The notes beneath the pieces are model-generated. The model was not told the origin of the DNA. It did no database searches and saw nothing but the letters and a program-made list of their open reading frames with translations. DNA of 64,000 nt from Paecilomyces variotii (taxonomy: Eukaryota). Positions 13,991 to 27,340 of this stretch are shown piece by piece. Both the position numbers and the translations under genes were made by a program. Location: the NCBI GenBank assembly GCA_004022145.1, contig RCNU01000001.1; one strand, 5' to 3'. Each line of letters starts with the position of its first letter. Position 1 is the stretch's first letter.

Positions 13991-14852
13991 TCTTCTCCAT
14001 ATCATGGGAAGCAGAAGATAAAACTCAAAAGTTTCTGGGTCTCATTCATTCTCTTCGGCGCTCAATTCGGAAGATTAGCAGTGACATCTCGTCTGCCCAT
14101 CTCTGGTTTTCCGGAATATCCTTTTCTCTTGTTTCTGTGCTGATTCCCCCAAATCACGTTTGTCACAGTTACATTCTTGTTGCACCATTCTCCTTTTTAC
14201 TTAGCCCCCACTTTCTCACGATGTGACTTACGACCTTCAATCACTTTTTTTTTCCCCTTGTGTACATGCTACATCCAGATACTACCCCTCCCCACATGTT
14301 GGCTTCGCTGTAATTCTTTTTCTTGGGTGGCTTCCCCCTTTACCCATATTTTCTTCTCAAGAGCATTGATTCCCCCTTATCCTGGCCTCGGACACACCTT
14401 GGCTAATTGTACCTTAAATGATTTTTGCCCCTTAGTGTCATATTCCCCCCCCTTTGTTTGAGTTATGTGCTTTGGACCCTTACAACGTTGATACCAATGA
14501 CAACTCGTGTGAACGTACGCCAATGTCGCCGTGGTCCGTCTTTTCTAGTAGAATACCAAGAGCAGGAATAGTAATATAAGCAAGCTTGGTGACGAAAGAC
14601 TAAAATTCTGAGCGTAAATCCAGCGGCATGAATTTCGCAAGACCCTGTATTATTGCAGAACTAACAGAACTGCCATATTCTGCGGAAACATCTGTCTGTA
14701 TGCGACCTCCGCTGGGTATCACATGACGCTACGTGGTCTGTCGCCGCAACATTCGTCACCAACACTCAAGCTTCCGAGCTGAAACCGCAGTCCGACCCTT
14801 TGCATCTTAGTTGTGGTCGTGCCAATTCTCGCAGGGCTGCTCGGCGATCGCA

Positions 14853-16411
14853 ATGCCGCGCCTTAAGCGTTCTAACGTTATCATCATCCATCCAGATCTG
14901 GGCATCGGCGGCGCCGAACGGCTCATCATCGATGCGGCACTCGCTCTCCAGAACCGCGGACACCGCGTAACGATCTACACCTCCCACCGAGACAAAACGC
15001 ATTGTTTCGAGGAAGCGCGCGATGGGACCCTCGATGTTCGTGTCCGGGGAAATACAGTGTTCCCCGCACATGTGTGTGGGAGATTACATGTGCTGATGGC
15101 GGTGTTGAGACAGCTACACCTGACGGTCTCAGTATTGAATGAGCTTGGGACCACGGTACCTGAGAAGGAGAAGAGTGAGGATGTCGAAATTGAAGATGAT
15201 GTCTTTATTGTGGACCAGGTCCCTGCTTGTGTCCCTGTTTTGAAGACGTTGGGTCCGCGATGCGCTCCCCGCGCTTCGGGGAAGCAGCGCATACTATTCT
15301 ACTGCCATTTCCCGGACCAGCTGCTTGCGCGACGCGATGAGAAAGCTACGGTTCTTCGACTCCTCAAGGGCTTATATCGGTATCCGTTCGACTGGTTCGA
15401 AGGTTGGGCTATGAGCGCGTCGGATAAAGTCGTTGCGAATTCCCGGTTTACGCGTGGAGTCGTGGGGAAGGTCTTGGGATTCGAACGGCTGGGTGATGTC
15501 AGGATTATATACCCCTGTGTGGATACGGATCCTGCGCCCCAGGGAGGGAAGAATGCGGGTGGGAAGCTGGCGGAAGAAGCCATTGGGGATAATCTATGGG
15601 GTGGGAAGAAGATCCTATTGAGTATCAATCGCTTCGAGAGAAAGAAGGATCTAGCACTTGCGATCCGAGCGTATCATGGCCTAGGGGAGGAAGCTAGGAA
15701 AGGAACTCGACTGGTAGTCGCTGGTAAGTAGTCCATGTGCCTGATCATGGTCTTAGCATTCGACGTGGACGATATAGACGCTGACTTCACCCCACAGGCG
15801 GTTACGACAATCGGGTTCAAGAGAACGTACAATATCACAAGGAGCTTGACGAGCTGGCGAGTAGTCTGGGCCTCCAGACAGCAACGTCAAAGAGTGTTAT
15901 ATCTGCGCTCTCTGTTCCTGATTCGATAGACGTCCTTTTCCTCCTTTCCGTCCCTACAGCCTTCAGGGATACCCTCCTGGCAAACGCCAAACTCCTTCTT
16001 TATACCCCGACAAACGAACACTTTGGCATTGTCCCTGTAGAAGCAATGCACCATGGCCTACCTGTCCTTGCGTCAAATACCGGTGGGCCTCTCGAGACGA
16101 TCGTTGAAGGCGAAACGGGCTGGCTCCGGGACGCACAGGCGGTTGATGAATGGACGGCTGTCATGAAAAAGGTTTTGTTCGAACTGAGTCCGGAGGACTT
16201 GGAGAGAATATCCATTCAGAGTAAACAGCGTGTGCAGAAAGAGTTCTCTCTCACAGCTATGGGAGACCGTCTGGAAGACGAGATTTCTGACATGCTTAAT
16301 GCAGAGAGGCGGCCCTTTAGTGGACTGCAGCATCTGCTGTTGGTCTTCGTTTTGTCTGGAGTTCTGGTGTCTATGCTTGCTGCTGCCGCGTTGAAGGCGC
16401 TGTACCCTTAG
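14853..16411 (+). CDS. ALG2: Alpha-1,3/1,6-mannosyltransferase ALG2 (GT4)
   Basis: HPDLGIGGAERLIIDAALALQ, FYCHFPDQLL, LLSINRFERKKDL, YTPTNEHFGIVPVEAM, GGPLETI and a C-terminal hydrophobic segment; one intron at ~15724-15797. Confidence 0.93.
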
Positions 16412-16665
16412 AGTGTATAATAATTATGATAATACCCCTTTTTTATTTTCTAAGCTTTCCTGATATATAGGATACTGTATGATACCATATTGATTATTCC
16501 GAGATTCATTTGCAGTAGTCAATAACTCTTCGATGATAAAGTAGATATGGATCACGTGAGCCCGCGACACGCTCCGCAGAACATCGCGTTTCGCCGAGCA
16601 TCTAAGATAGCGATCTGATCGCGACACGGAACAGTTTCGACCGCGGGTCGAAACCACCAGCAGAG

Positions 16666-18704
16666 ATGCCAGAGGTCATTGATCTGGTCTCTTCGCCTCC
16701 TCCACAACCGCCAAATAGTGTGCAGAAACGGTCTCACCCTACCCCCGCGCCTCCGCCATCGGCCGTACTACCTGCGAGTTCCCAGAATTTCTTATCTAGC
16801 GATTTCGACCCCGCGGTATTCAACTACGACGATATTGAACCGGAGAAGCCTTCGACCAAGAGACTCCGGCTAACCCCAGGAATCGGAGAGATCTCCCCAG
16901 CGAAGGGGAATGATCCGACGAGTCCCCCGCCAGCGGCGAATAGCTCAATATACAACATCTTCTCCGACGACGATGCGGCGTTACTACCTCCTACGAAGCA
17001 CAAGGACGCCGGTCCTGCTACTAAGACATATCGTTGGAATGGGGAAGAGTCAGATCCTATAGTCTTCACGTCTTCTGCGCCGGAGCCAACGCGTTCGGGG
17101 ACAGGACGGAAAGTGACTACGGTCAGTAGGACTACAGCAAAGACGACCATTACGATTGACGATGACGATGATGCTATTGAGGAATTCACGGACCCGGCTT
17201 CGTTATTCGATGGTCTGTTGAATATCGAGCCACCGCCTCTGTCGCGCGGGCTTTCGGATCGTACGGCGAATTTGTTGGCTAGTCTTGGCAATCGCTCCTC
17301 GAAAGCTGATGATGGCAAAAGTTCACGGGAAGTGAGAAATAGCAAGAAAAAGACAGACGGTGTATCTGATGATGAGATCTCTGATGTCGACGTCGCACCC
17401 GCCCCCAGGAAGCCGAGGAAGACGGGCAAAACTACGGCGGCCGACAAGGAAGCCAAAGAAGCCAAAGCGCGCGAACGAGCAGCAGCCAAAGCCCAACGGG
17501 ACCGGGAACGCGAGGAGGAAAAGGCAAGAAAGCAGAAGTTGAAAGAGGATAAAGCGAAGGAGAAACAGCTAGCTGCGGATCTTGCGGAAGTGAACAAGTT
17601 GAAGGTAGACAAGGGGGTCTCGGCACCGGAGATGATTGTGGATCTCTCGTCGTCTTTTGAGGATACCAGTATCGGGAACCAGGTCAAGGAGTACATGAAG
17701 CGCCTCAACGTCGAATGCAACTATTTTACCAGCTCAATCCCTGGTATGGTCAAATGGCGACGAAAGGTCGTGGCTAGGTTCAACGAGGAGCTTGGCTATT
17801 GGGAGCCATGTCCTAACTACATTGGAGAGGAACAACATGTCCTGTGTCTGTTATCAGCGCAAGAATTCGCGGATATGGTGATCGCAGAACCAGACTCGGA
17901 TAATACTCTGCAGCTACACGTCCTCAGGATTAAGAGCGCGTATCCTGACTGCAAACCAATCTATATGATTGAGGGTCTCACCGCTTGGATGCGAAAGAAT
18001 CAGAACACGCGGAACAGGGCATTCCAGGCAGAAGTGCTTCGCGAGTTCTCCGAGTCAAATTCTCAACCACCCTCGGGGACACAATCCCGCAGGAAAGCCA
18101 GAAAGCCAGAAACCACGCCCCCGGTCGACGACGACGTGATCGAAGACGCCCTTCTCGAACTGCAAGTCACACATTCATGCCTCATCCATCACACAGCAGC
18201 AGCGCCAGAATCAGCCGAATGGATCAAAACCTTCACTGAGCACATCTCCACGATCCCCTACAGACGTGAACGGATGGACGTCAATGATTCCGGGTTCTGC
18301 ATGGACGTAGGACAGGTGAAAACCGGCGAAGATAAATCAGACACCTTCGTCAAGATGCTTCAAGAGGTCACCCGCGTCACGGCACCTATGGCTTACGGTA
18401 TCGCAACCAAATACCCCAGCGTAGTGGACCTTGTTCGCGGAATGAGATCTCACGGACCGACCATGCTCGAAAACGTAAAGGTATGTTTACTGGGTCCAGC
18501 TATATAAAACATTCGCACCGAATTCACAAGAAAAAAAAGACCCCACTTCTACCCACGATCAATGTACTAACAGACCTTCTTTCCTCTTCTCAGAAATCAG
18601 CAAATAAAAACGGCGCCTTGACAGAGACCCGCATCGGCCCTGCCGTCAGTAGACGTCTCTATAAAGTCTTCATGGGCCGCGACCCTTCTTCTACTGACAT
18701 ATGA
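16666..18704 (+). CDS. EME1: Crossover junction endonuclease non-catalytic subunit EME1/MMS4 (ERCC4 domain)
   Basis: The 613-aa first exon has a disordered N-terminus, a KEK-rich helix, EMIVDLS...VKWRRKV...IYMIEGL...IEDALLELQV and the HhH-like MLQEVTRVTAPMAYGI. After an intron (18481-18592) the last exon reads KSANKNG...RIGPAVSRRLYKVF. Confidence 0.85.
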
Positions 18705-19238
18705 TCTAGCTTTCGCGGCTGCTTTCTCTTTACGGTTCTAACATGGCATAGGGATCCAGAAGGATTTTTGACCTTGGCTCTTGCGCACAGCAGTATCCTT
18801 TTTTGGCATTGGTCCTTTTCTCTTCGAGAATAAAAAAAAAAGGAGAGAGAGAGAGGTTGGGCATTAAACCTTACGTATTGGTATCAACAATTGGTGTGGG
18901 TTTTTCTCTTCTTGTTCTAGTTTCGACAGCATGCATGGGACCGACTAATTGCGTTGCATTGCATTATTTGGATGGAGTATATTGAATTATGCTCTCTTTT
19001 GCTTTAGGGGGCGTTGGGACATTTCCTCATCAGAAGGCGCATAAGGATAAAGCAGGTTTCCAGACCAGCAGTCATACTGCAGTCTATGGCAGGTATCAGG
19101 AGCGAATGATCATTATGTTATTTATCTTATACCAGTTCGATTTCTATGAGGTCGATCGCATGTTCATCCGTGTATCGGATATAGTAGTAGAAACGCCAGA
19201 CAATGTTACCTAGATGGACCGTAAAACAAGCAAGTCTG

Positions 19239-19263
19239 AAAAAAAAAAAAAAAAAAAAAAAAA
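19239..19263. repeat. Poly(A) tract, 25 nt
   Basis: Homopolymer run between the convergent EME1 and MFS 3' ends. Confidence 0.85.
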
Positions 19264-19343
19264 GACTGCAATAACGCCGGCAAGACAGAAGCGCCAATAT
19301 CCAGAATGCATCTAGTATGCTAGATATAGCGGAATCAAGACGC

Positions 19344-21327
19344 TCAGACAACGACTCCTCTCCTCCTCCAGCTTCTCCATGCAATCGACCATGCGATGAC
19401 AGCTACCCAGACACTGAGCGTGCAGCCCACAGCCCAGAAGCCGTAACACTTCCAGCCCCGACACTGTCCATCTGGAGCACTGCCGGCATCATAGGCCGCG
19501 GAGTAGATGAGACCCCAGACAGCAGCACCAGCGGCAGGGGTCATAGCGACGATACCCCAATTTGTGCCAAAGTTCTCGACACCCCAAACAACGGATATTA
19601 TAATCGGTACTAGAGAGAACGTAGCACCATATCCAAAGCCGACAAGAGTGGTGGTGAGATGAAAGAGTCCTGGATGATGAAGAAGTAGCGGGGAGGCAAG
19701 GAGCAAGAAACCGAAAGAAAGGAGCAGGGCACAGGGAAGAAGGAATGTCAGGCGTGAAAGGGTGAGGCCATCTACGCGGGGAACGGGCTGCCGGTTGGGG
19801 TTTTCAAGAGAATAGAGATACTGGTGACTTGCGGGGGCAGCAAAGAGGTCGGATAAAGAGCCCGTCAGCAAGCGAGCCAGAGTCGACGTCAATGCGTTAG
19901 TTGATACATGGGTCGATGGCAAACCCGCCGGCGGTTGACTGTGAAGAGGATATGAAGGTGGCGTGAGAGTTTGGATGATAGTTCCCAACTGAGAACAACG
20001 TTAGCTCAGAGACACACGTTATACTGGGAGGAGACAAACAAGTGGACTTACGTTGTTGATATAAGCCTCTCCAGGGCCTGTAACCAGGAAAAAGCCGGCG
20101 GCAAGCCACCACATTGTGTGATCCTTGAGGAAGAGCCTCGTCTCGTAATTCAGGAGCCAGTTCTTCCTCTGCCGCTCCTCTTCCTCGCGTTCCTTCTCCC
20201 GCCTACGAGCCTCGCGCTGTTCATCTGACAGCGTAATATTCTGTTCCTCATCCCCTTCACTAGCCCGGTCCTGCGGAAATGTCCCGTATGCACTTCGCGT
20301 TTCGTCTCTGGATCGGAAGAAGTCGCTCTCTCCCAGGATTCCGCTGCGCTCCAGTTCCTCGTATGCTTCCTCGATCGTTTCCTCTTCGTCGACGATCCTC
20401 AATCCAAACACACCGAGTAGACTAACGACAATAAGCACGATAGACAGAAACAAGAAGTATTTGAATACATCGACATCGCCCTTGGAGCCGTCTTCCAGTC
20501 TTTCGTACAAGAAATGCGCTCCCACCTGACTCTGCCACATGCCACTGAGACCAAAAGCAGCAATCGGGGCTGCTAGCATAAGACCCTTATACTTGCTTCT
20601 TGCAAAGTTCTTCGCGCAAGTAGTCACCGCGGCGAGGTATAAGCAACTTGTTCCCGCTCCCACTCCAACAAAAGCCACAATCATAACCCAGAACGGCCAT
20701 CCTGATCCACCCGCATCAGGCGGCGGTCCACTTTTGTAGGTGAATGCAGCCAGAAGGTAGCCCGTTCCGAAGAATATCGCCGACAATAACGCTAGCGGAG
20801 AGGGCGTGTATCGATCGCATAGATAACCGAAAAAGGAGACAGGAAGGTACATGGCAACTTCAGCGGTGATAGCAACAGCATTGACGCGCATCTGGGTATA
20901 GTGTAGTCGCGAAAGCAGCAAAGGGCCATAGAGAGAAAAGGTGGTGATACTCCCAGCACATAAACTAGAACCATAAATGTCAATATATTTGAGAGCTCAT
21001 ACGTACTGAGTGCAAATGACATCGGCTAACATACCAGCTAACAACCCCCCAAACAAAGCTCGACACTCTCACCACCTCCCTCTTCATCCTCATTCGATCC
21101 CGCTCTAATATCTCCTCAACGACGTCGCTGAGAAGACCATCGCTTCTTCCATCTAGACCATCCTCGGTGGAAGGTCGTGAATGCCTCGATCTGGATCGGG
21201 CGCCTGGTGGCTGGTATACCCGTTCATCTCCGTCTCCATCGACTATTGAAGCATGGAGCAGGGGACGATTTGCATCAAAATCTCGCTTGTCTATCGACAG
21301 TTTGTCATGGTCATTCGAGCGAGCCAT
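19344..21327 (-). CDS. MCH1: MFS transporter, MCH1-like (nodulin-like/oxalate-formate antiporter family)
   Basis: Three exons (~21327-21035, ~20965-20051, ~19989-19344). Multiple TM helices with motifs LCAGSITTFSLYGP, FGYLCDRY, AAVTTCAKNF, GPGEAYINN and VWGVENFGTNWGIVAM. Confidence 0.82.
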
Positions 21328-22397
21328 TATATATACTGAAGTACTCGTTGGATGGACAGGAAGGTGGCCCTTATCGCGAGAGACCTGACGCCGGACCTGG
21401 ACGAACTCCGGAATCGATGATCTCAGCACTTACTGTAGGCAGCTTGCTAGTTCTATAGGAAAGTCTGGTTGGGGACCTTTCTGGTCACAGAGTCCATGAA
21501 GGTAGAGTTGAAATAAGTCAAAGAACTTCTCCTAAGACCTGCTGGATAAGCTGGTCCAGGTAATGAACCAAGGTAGTTGAAGCTCCAAGCTGACTTACCG
21601 ATAACGCCCGATCCGACGAGTCACCGCTTATCGCCAGCACGTGATTGTCGTCACAGTAAAAATAGTACTATCAGTACATGGCGATATTCGGTCCCGAGGT
21701 TCGCAGGTGTAATACGCTTAATACGACATTGTTCAGAGTATTAGTTATATGTTGGGGTTTACGCAAGGCGCTACTCTTGTTCGTCGCTTGTGCCGTTCCG
21801 TTGAGAGGTCTACAGAGTGTCTATGATGTATACAATACTTGGGAGAATGCTCATAAAGAAACAAATGTTGTTATATACACATGCGTAGAAATGAATTGGG
21901 AATAAGCCGCCACAAAACCAGATGACTCTGGGAATCAAAGAAACAAGTGGTATAGAGGTCAGGAAAACAGGCTCAGAAAGATCCACCGGAAGAAACAAAA
22001 TGGTAATAATAATTAAAAATTAAAAATCCGTGTGAGAAGGAATCTTATCATGCACCGACGTGTCAGACAGCCAGACCTGGCAAGACGGTATAGAACGGAA
22101 AGAGAAGAATATGCGAAAATCAAGAGCAGTCGTATCACCGTTGCCGGGGGAATCTTTTCAAAACATTCTCGCTTCCCGCCCAGTGAATAAACGCCGTACA
22201 ACCCGACAAAATAACGGTAAGAAGATGTAATCAACAAAGTTTCGTCGAGCCTTCGTGGCCATCGGGCCAGGAGGCATGTGGTGAGTAGCGTCCATGTACG
22301 AGCCGTGCCGATGAGATGAATGGAAAAGCCCACCAACTCCGGGTGAATGAAAACCTCTATCTCCAGATATGCATGCAATGAAACGCTTTGAACAGCA

Positions 22398-25300
22398 TCA
22401 GAAGCTGACCTCCCCGGGATCACTCTCCATGACGCCTTCTTCCCAGGAACGATCGGCCACGACATCCTGGACAGAACCACGAGGTGCCAGTGCCATGGCC
22501 TCACCCTCTCCTCGTTCCACGTAATCTTCCTGGCCGACCTCGTTCAGGATGCGCTGGAAGTACATGCGCAAACTACGGAGACCCCGAAGATAGCCACGGT
22601 CGATATCTCCGGGATGGTGTGGCGGACAAGGAACATCAGGAGGCAGTTCGTCTTCGCCCGTAACACAGTTGGCGAAGTCCACGATCTTCAATTGGACATC
22701 ATAGTTTCGCTGCACCTCCTCCGAAGGACGACGGTACAGAGGGGCTCGTCTTTTATCGGCGTGCCCATCCGTATTGGCTGCACTGGCCGCATTCTCGTGA
22801 CCATTCGGAGGCGACTGCTCCCCATCATAGAGAATAAGCAGGCTGCTTGCGTAAAATCGATAACCTTTGAGTTTTCGAATCATATTCTCCAGTTTCCCAA
22901 GCTTCTCGAGGATGATAGGAACCATCTTCACAACGCTAGTGTAGCTGACACCATCATAAAGAAAACGGGTGAGGGCATCTTGAAATTCTCGTCCTGACTT
23001 CAAGTCACGTCCGAAATATTTGTCCTCGAACAGATACTCTTGCTTCTTTACGTTCCACGTCTGCATCCCACACAATCGTACACCAAGCTGCTGCGATGTC
23101 GTTGTCTGACATTTCCGCCGTTGAGACTTTTTCTTCTTTTCATTTGCTTCGATGCCATATTGCCGAGTGCCCATCTTCAAGTCCAAGACACAAGGTTTGT
23201 TCATCCCAGCAGTGAGGTCCTCCAGCAGAAGAAAGAACTGGACTCTCTCGTCTTTTCGTGTCTGTGCCTCTTTAGGATTTTTGGGGACGTAGAAACGATC
23301 TACCCCGTTGGCTTCCGGGGCAGCTGATGGAGCAGTTTTCCCGGTCGTCCAAGGATTCTTAGAATCCTCAATATGGTTTTCCCCAACTTCATCGGACGGG
23401 TCATTATCCTTGGGGAGAGTGGCAGCCGGAGACTTCTGTTCGGGAGGAGAGACAACCGCAGAGGGGTTATCCCCTTCCATAGCGAAAATCTCATCTTCCC
23501 TGTCACCACCGTAGCCTTCATCATCGAAAAACATCAATTCACCGCGTTTTCCAGAACTCAGGCTTCGGCGCCGCTGCAGGCCACTCCCTGAATGGCGTCG
23601 TCTGACAGCGCGCGTCCGAGAGGCGGAACTAGCGCGGGGAGGGCTTTCCGCTGTTCGAACCCTCTCCAGTAGACTCGGATTGCCTTCCATCGCGGTCGAT
23701 GCGGATGACGAGAGTCCCTGCTGGTCCTGGTTCTTGAAAGCAGCAATGTCAATGCCAGAATCTTTGGGCGATCCCTTGTTACCATACATGCCGCGGCGGT
23801 TGCTGGCCGTTTGATCTTCTGAGAGGTTGGCTCTCCGTCGATTGGTATCTGAATGCATCCTGGGCAACATGGTGTGTCCGCGTGCGTGCCGTCGATGATG
23901 ATGGATAGCAGGTGGCGAGAAGACCTCTCGCAGAACTTGCTCCTGTAGCTTTCGGTTTACCGTTGTAGCACCCCAGCTGGGTTTATGGCTACTCAACTGC
24001 GGCGCCGGCGCCGATATATCGCCCGCGGAGCTACTATGCGGCATATCTGAGGCGGATCGTCGAGACAGCAGACTCCTACCAGTCCTCGCATCGTCCGCCG
24101 TCCTTGGCCTCTGAGAGGAAAATAGGTCGGCAGGGATGATGTGACGATTATTTTCCAATATGACTTTCGGAATGATCCCAGTTACCTGTTGCTGACTGAA
24201 GATCCTAGGCTGTTCCGATGAACCTGGAATTTGACTCACAGGCGCTGGAGCAGTGTCCTCGGATTTAGAGTCACCGATGTTTCCACCCTCAACGTGTTCT
24301 GCGGCATCTCCGGCCGGAGCTTTTGGCCGCTTGGGAATCTTGGAGAAAGTCACGTTGAGAACACCAATATACCTAAAAGAGAATGAAACATACTGTCAGC
24401 AAAACTCTCTCTCACCAGGAAGAGACCATCGAATAGTCTTGTGATTGTCTCAGCGGAATGGCCAATAGGCACAATGTACTCATGGCTGGGAATTACGGAC
24501 CTTGGTAGGAACATCAACATCTCCGGATGCCTGCGTTCGATCCTCTCATAGAACTCATTTTCTCGATTATTCAGCTGCTTGCAGACGGCACGTCGCGAAA
24601 AGCGAAACACTGTTGTGTGACCGCCCACCTGGTGACGGTATGGCTTCAACTCCACCGCTCCTACCGGACGGGGACGCCGGGCACGTAGATATCGGCTACG
24701 CTGGGTGGGCGTCGCCGTGGGTGTCATCTCAGCATCGTCAGTTACACTGGATTCCTCATCCCGGACAGACGATGCGCTCTCATCAGCTGACGCAAACTCG
24801 GATTCGGAAGCAGATTCTTGGCTGAATTCGGATATAGTCGCCAAAGACTTCTCACTCGTGTCACGTTGTAGCGGAGGTAAACCTTGAAATTCACCATGCA
24901 GTATCCTGCTATCGGTCTTGGACCGTAGAGAAATATCCACATGGCTAACTTCCTGTTCCTTGCTGAGCTCGGGCTTCACAAGACCCGGTTCTGCATCCGC
25001 CCGGATTGCATCATATTCTAGGTCACTGACAGGGCGACGTTCGAACGATTCCAATTGTTCAACGTCCTCCGATGTGGCACGCTCGTGTGGGAAATACAAG
25101 GCTGACGAGATCTGTTCGTCATCCTCTTCCTCGAATTGACTGGGATCGCGCGAACGCCGGGCCCGAGCCGTATCCGACGATGGTGACAGACTGTCCTCAG
25201 AAACGCCTTCGAAATAATCACGGCGCCGCTCTGAGTACTGAGTGGGAATGCTCTTGGAGAAGGACGTGCCATGGCCACCGCCTGGGGTGAGGTGAAAATT

Positions 25301-26611
25301 TCGGATTTCATCCAGCAACTTCCGTGGCAACGTTCTTGGCTGGTCCGCGAGATAAACCACATCATTCGGACGATCAGAGGGCTCCAGCGCGCCAGCTTTG
25401 TCCTTGGAGTCCGCCTCGGTGCGAGGAAATGTCTTGTGTCGCTCCGGAGACGCGAGCACTACATCGGTAGGTTCCCAAGACGGTGGCTGCCGGTGATCTC
25501 CCTGGGGTTCTGTCAGCTGGTCATGATCATGTTTGGCACGATCCTCTCGCCTCTTTCGGTCCGGAGAGGTAGTCGTGTTCTCCTTGAACAACCCCAGATA
25601 ATGACTGGATTTGCGGCTGCGGACATGAGATGTCGGCTCCGCGTTCGCTATATTGGCTTCAATTGATTCCTCCACCCTACTGCTGCGACCTCTGCTTCCA
25701 CTCCTTTCTAGTTTTGTGTGTCCTAGATCCTCCTTGATAATCTCCTTTTCCTTCAGCGACGATTCCCCGGGCTGCAGCGGCTCGCGATTGGCATCCGACC
25801 TGATCACCATTGGATTCCAGTTGGAACGAGAGATGTCAACAGGAGGGGGCAAAATGTTTCCGGCGTTGGTGCTCTTGAGGGTCGGAATTTCGCCAGCGAT
25901 GCCGTCCGAGACAATCTTGCGTAGAGGATGTAGGGTCTCCCGGACAGCCGTCCCGTGGGATCCCGCTTGCTTCGAGCTGTCCTGCGTTTCGTGTTGCTTC
26001 ACCCAACCTACACGAGACCCAGTGTGACTAAAAAGAGGCGAGGGGAGGCCGACGGTTGGACGAAGGGATGGAGGGTGATGGGCAATGGATCGACGGAGAG
26101 GAGACTCCATGCTGGAGCGGGAATCGTGGCTCAGGTTGGGAATACTCGCAGTCGTCACAGCGGACGCAGATACATCTTCATGGCCCGGTATCAGGCTGAC
26201 CTTGTCTTCACGGTCTGCATCTGACACTGGAGGGAGCGGCGGAGTACTCACCTCACTGTCCGAGGGGAGATAGTGGGTGGCAAAGATACTGTCTCTCTCT
26301 GAAAGCAGGGGGCTCTGCGGGCGGATCGAGGAGAGATCGGGACGCCGGAGATGCTCGAGGGACGTCGTGGAGGCTCTTTTGAGGTGGAAGGCCCGACTCC
26401 GCGGCGTGGGATTCGGAGACGGCGCGGGGGACGAGGGTGATGGCGTACGCGGAACGGAATGAGAGTCGATCGGCCGCTGACCGGACTCCTGGATCCCCTG
26501 CTCGCGGAGATCTGAGTCGATCCTCGTTCTGCAATCATGTTGGGCAGCCGGAGCAGGTGTCACCAGGGGTCCGGGCGAGCCATTATCTGCTGCGGAGGAA
26601 GGGCTTGACAT
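22398..26611 (-). CDS. KCS1: Inositol polyphosphate (IP6) kinase, KCS1-like
   Basis: [31 protein letters not shown] (intron 24500-24373), FFLLLEDLT, the PxxxDxKxG motif [19 protein letters not shown] and IVDFAN. The first ATG is at 26611; the ORF-track start at 26653 is TTG. Confidence 0.9.
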
Positions 26612-27318
26612 GGGGAGGACATTGGTCAGGCCGGGATGGAAGAGAGCAGACAATTCGACGGAGCTGGAACTGGGCGCGAAACAGGCGATTCCAGGGCAGC
26701 AGAAAGGGGTGGGCGATATGGTCGATGGCGTCTCCAGATCAAAGGATCAGATCAGTCGAAGATGAGCGGAAGAGGAAGACAGAGAGAGTAACAGAGAACC
26801 AGGAGTGACGGCACGTTCTGGGTCGCGGCGCTGCTAGAGGCCGATAAGTCAGATCTGGTTGGACAGACAGCGGAGGCGGAGCGGTCGTCATGAGAGAGAT
26901 CTTAGGGAAAGACTGGAATCAGAATCAGTGTCAAAAGGGCTTAAGGCGCTTATAGCGCAGCCCTGTGAGGTCCTCCAGTGATGCCGATCTCCGTCACCGC
27001 CTTGGTGGACGATAACACAGGCTAGCAGTGTTGTGCTGCTGCTGTTATTGTTTAGACCAGGAATGTAGGTTAATTGTAGATATTTGAACAGCTGCTGTCT
27101 GTCTGTCTGTCTCTTGTCTGTCTATTGCTGCTGGTGATGGAAAGAACTGATGGAACGAGCATGGACAGAGAAAGAAAGAGAAAGAGACAAAGAGCAAAGT
27201 GTTATCCGTCTCTGGCCGATATGGCAAGCGGTGAGCAAAAGTGCGGGAGGTTGTCTCTCTCTCTCTAGTTATCCGTCTATCTAGTCTATATTCGCTTTGA
27301 TGTAAGGAATATCATCAT

Positions 27319-27340
27319 CCTATCTATCTATCTATCTATC
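27319..27340. repeat. (CTAT)n tetranucleotide microsatellite
   Basis: cctatctatctatctatctatc; an imperfect (GTCT)n tract also lies at ~27097-27123. Confidence 0.7.

Noticed and set aside
16824..17720. Long antisense ORFs (298 aa here; similar ones inside kinesin, KCS1, palH and pepA)
   Set aside because: These are shadows of real genes on the opposite strand, with low-complexity translations.
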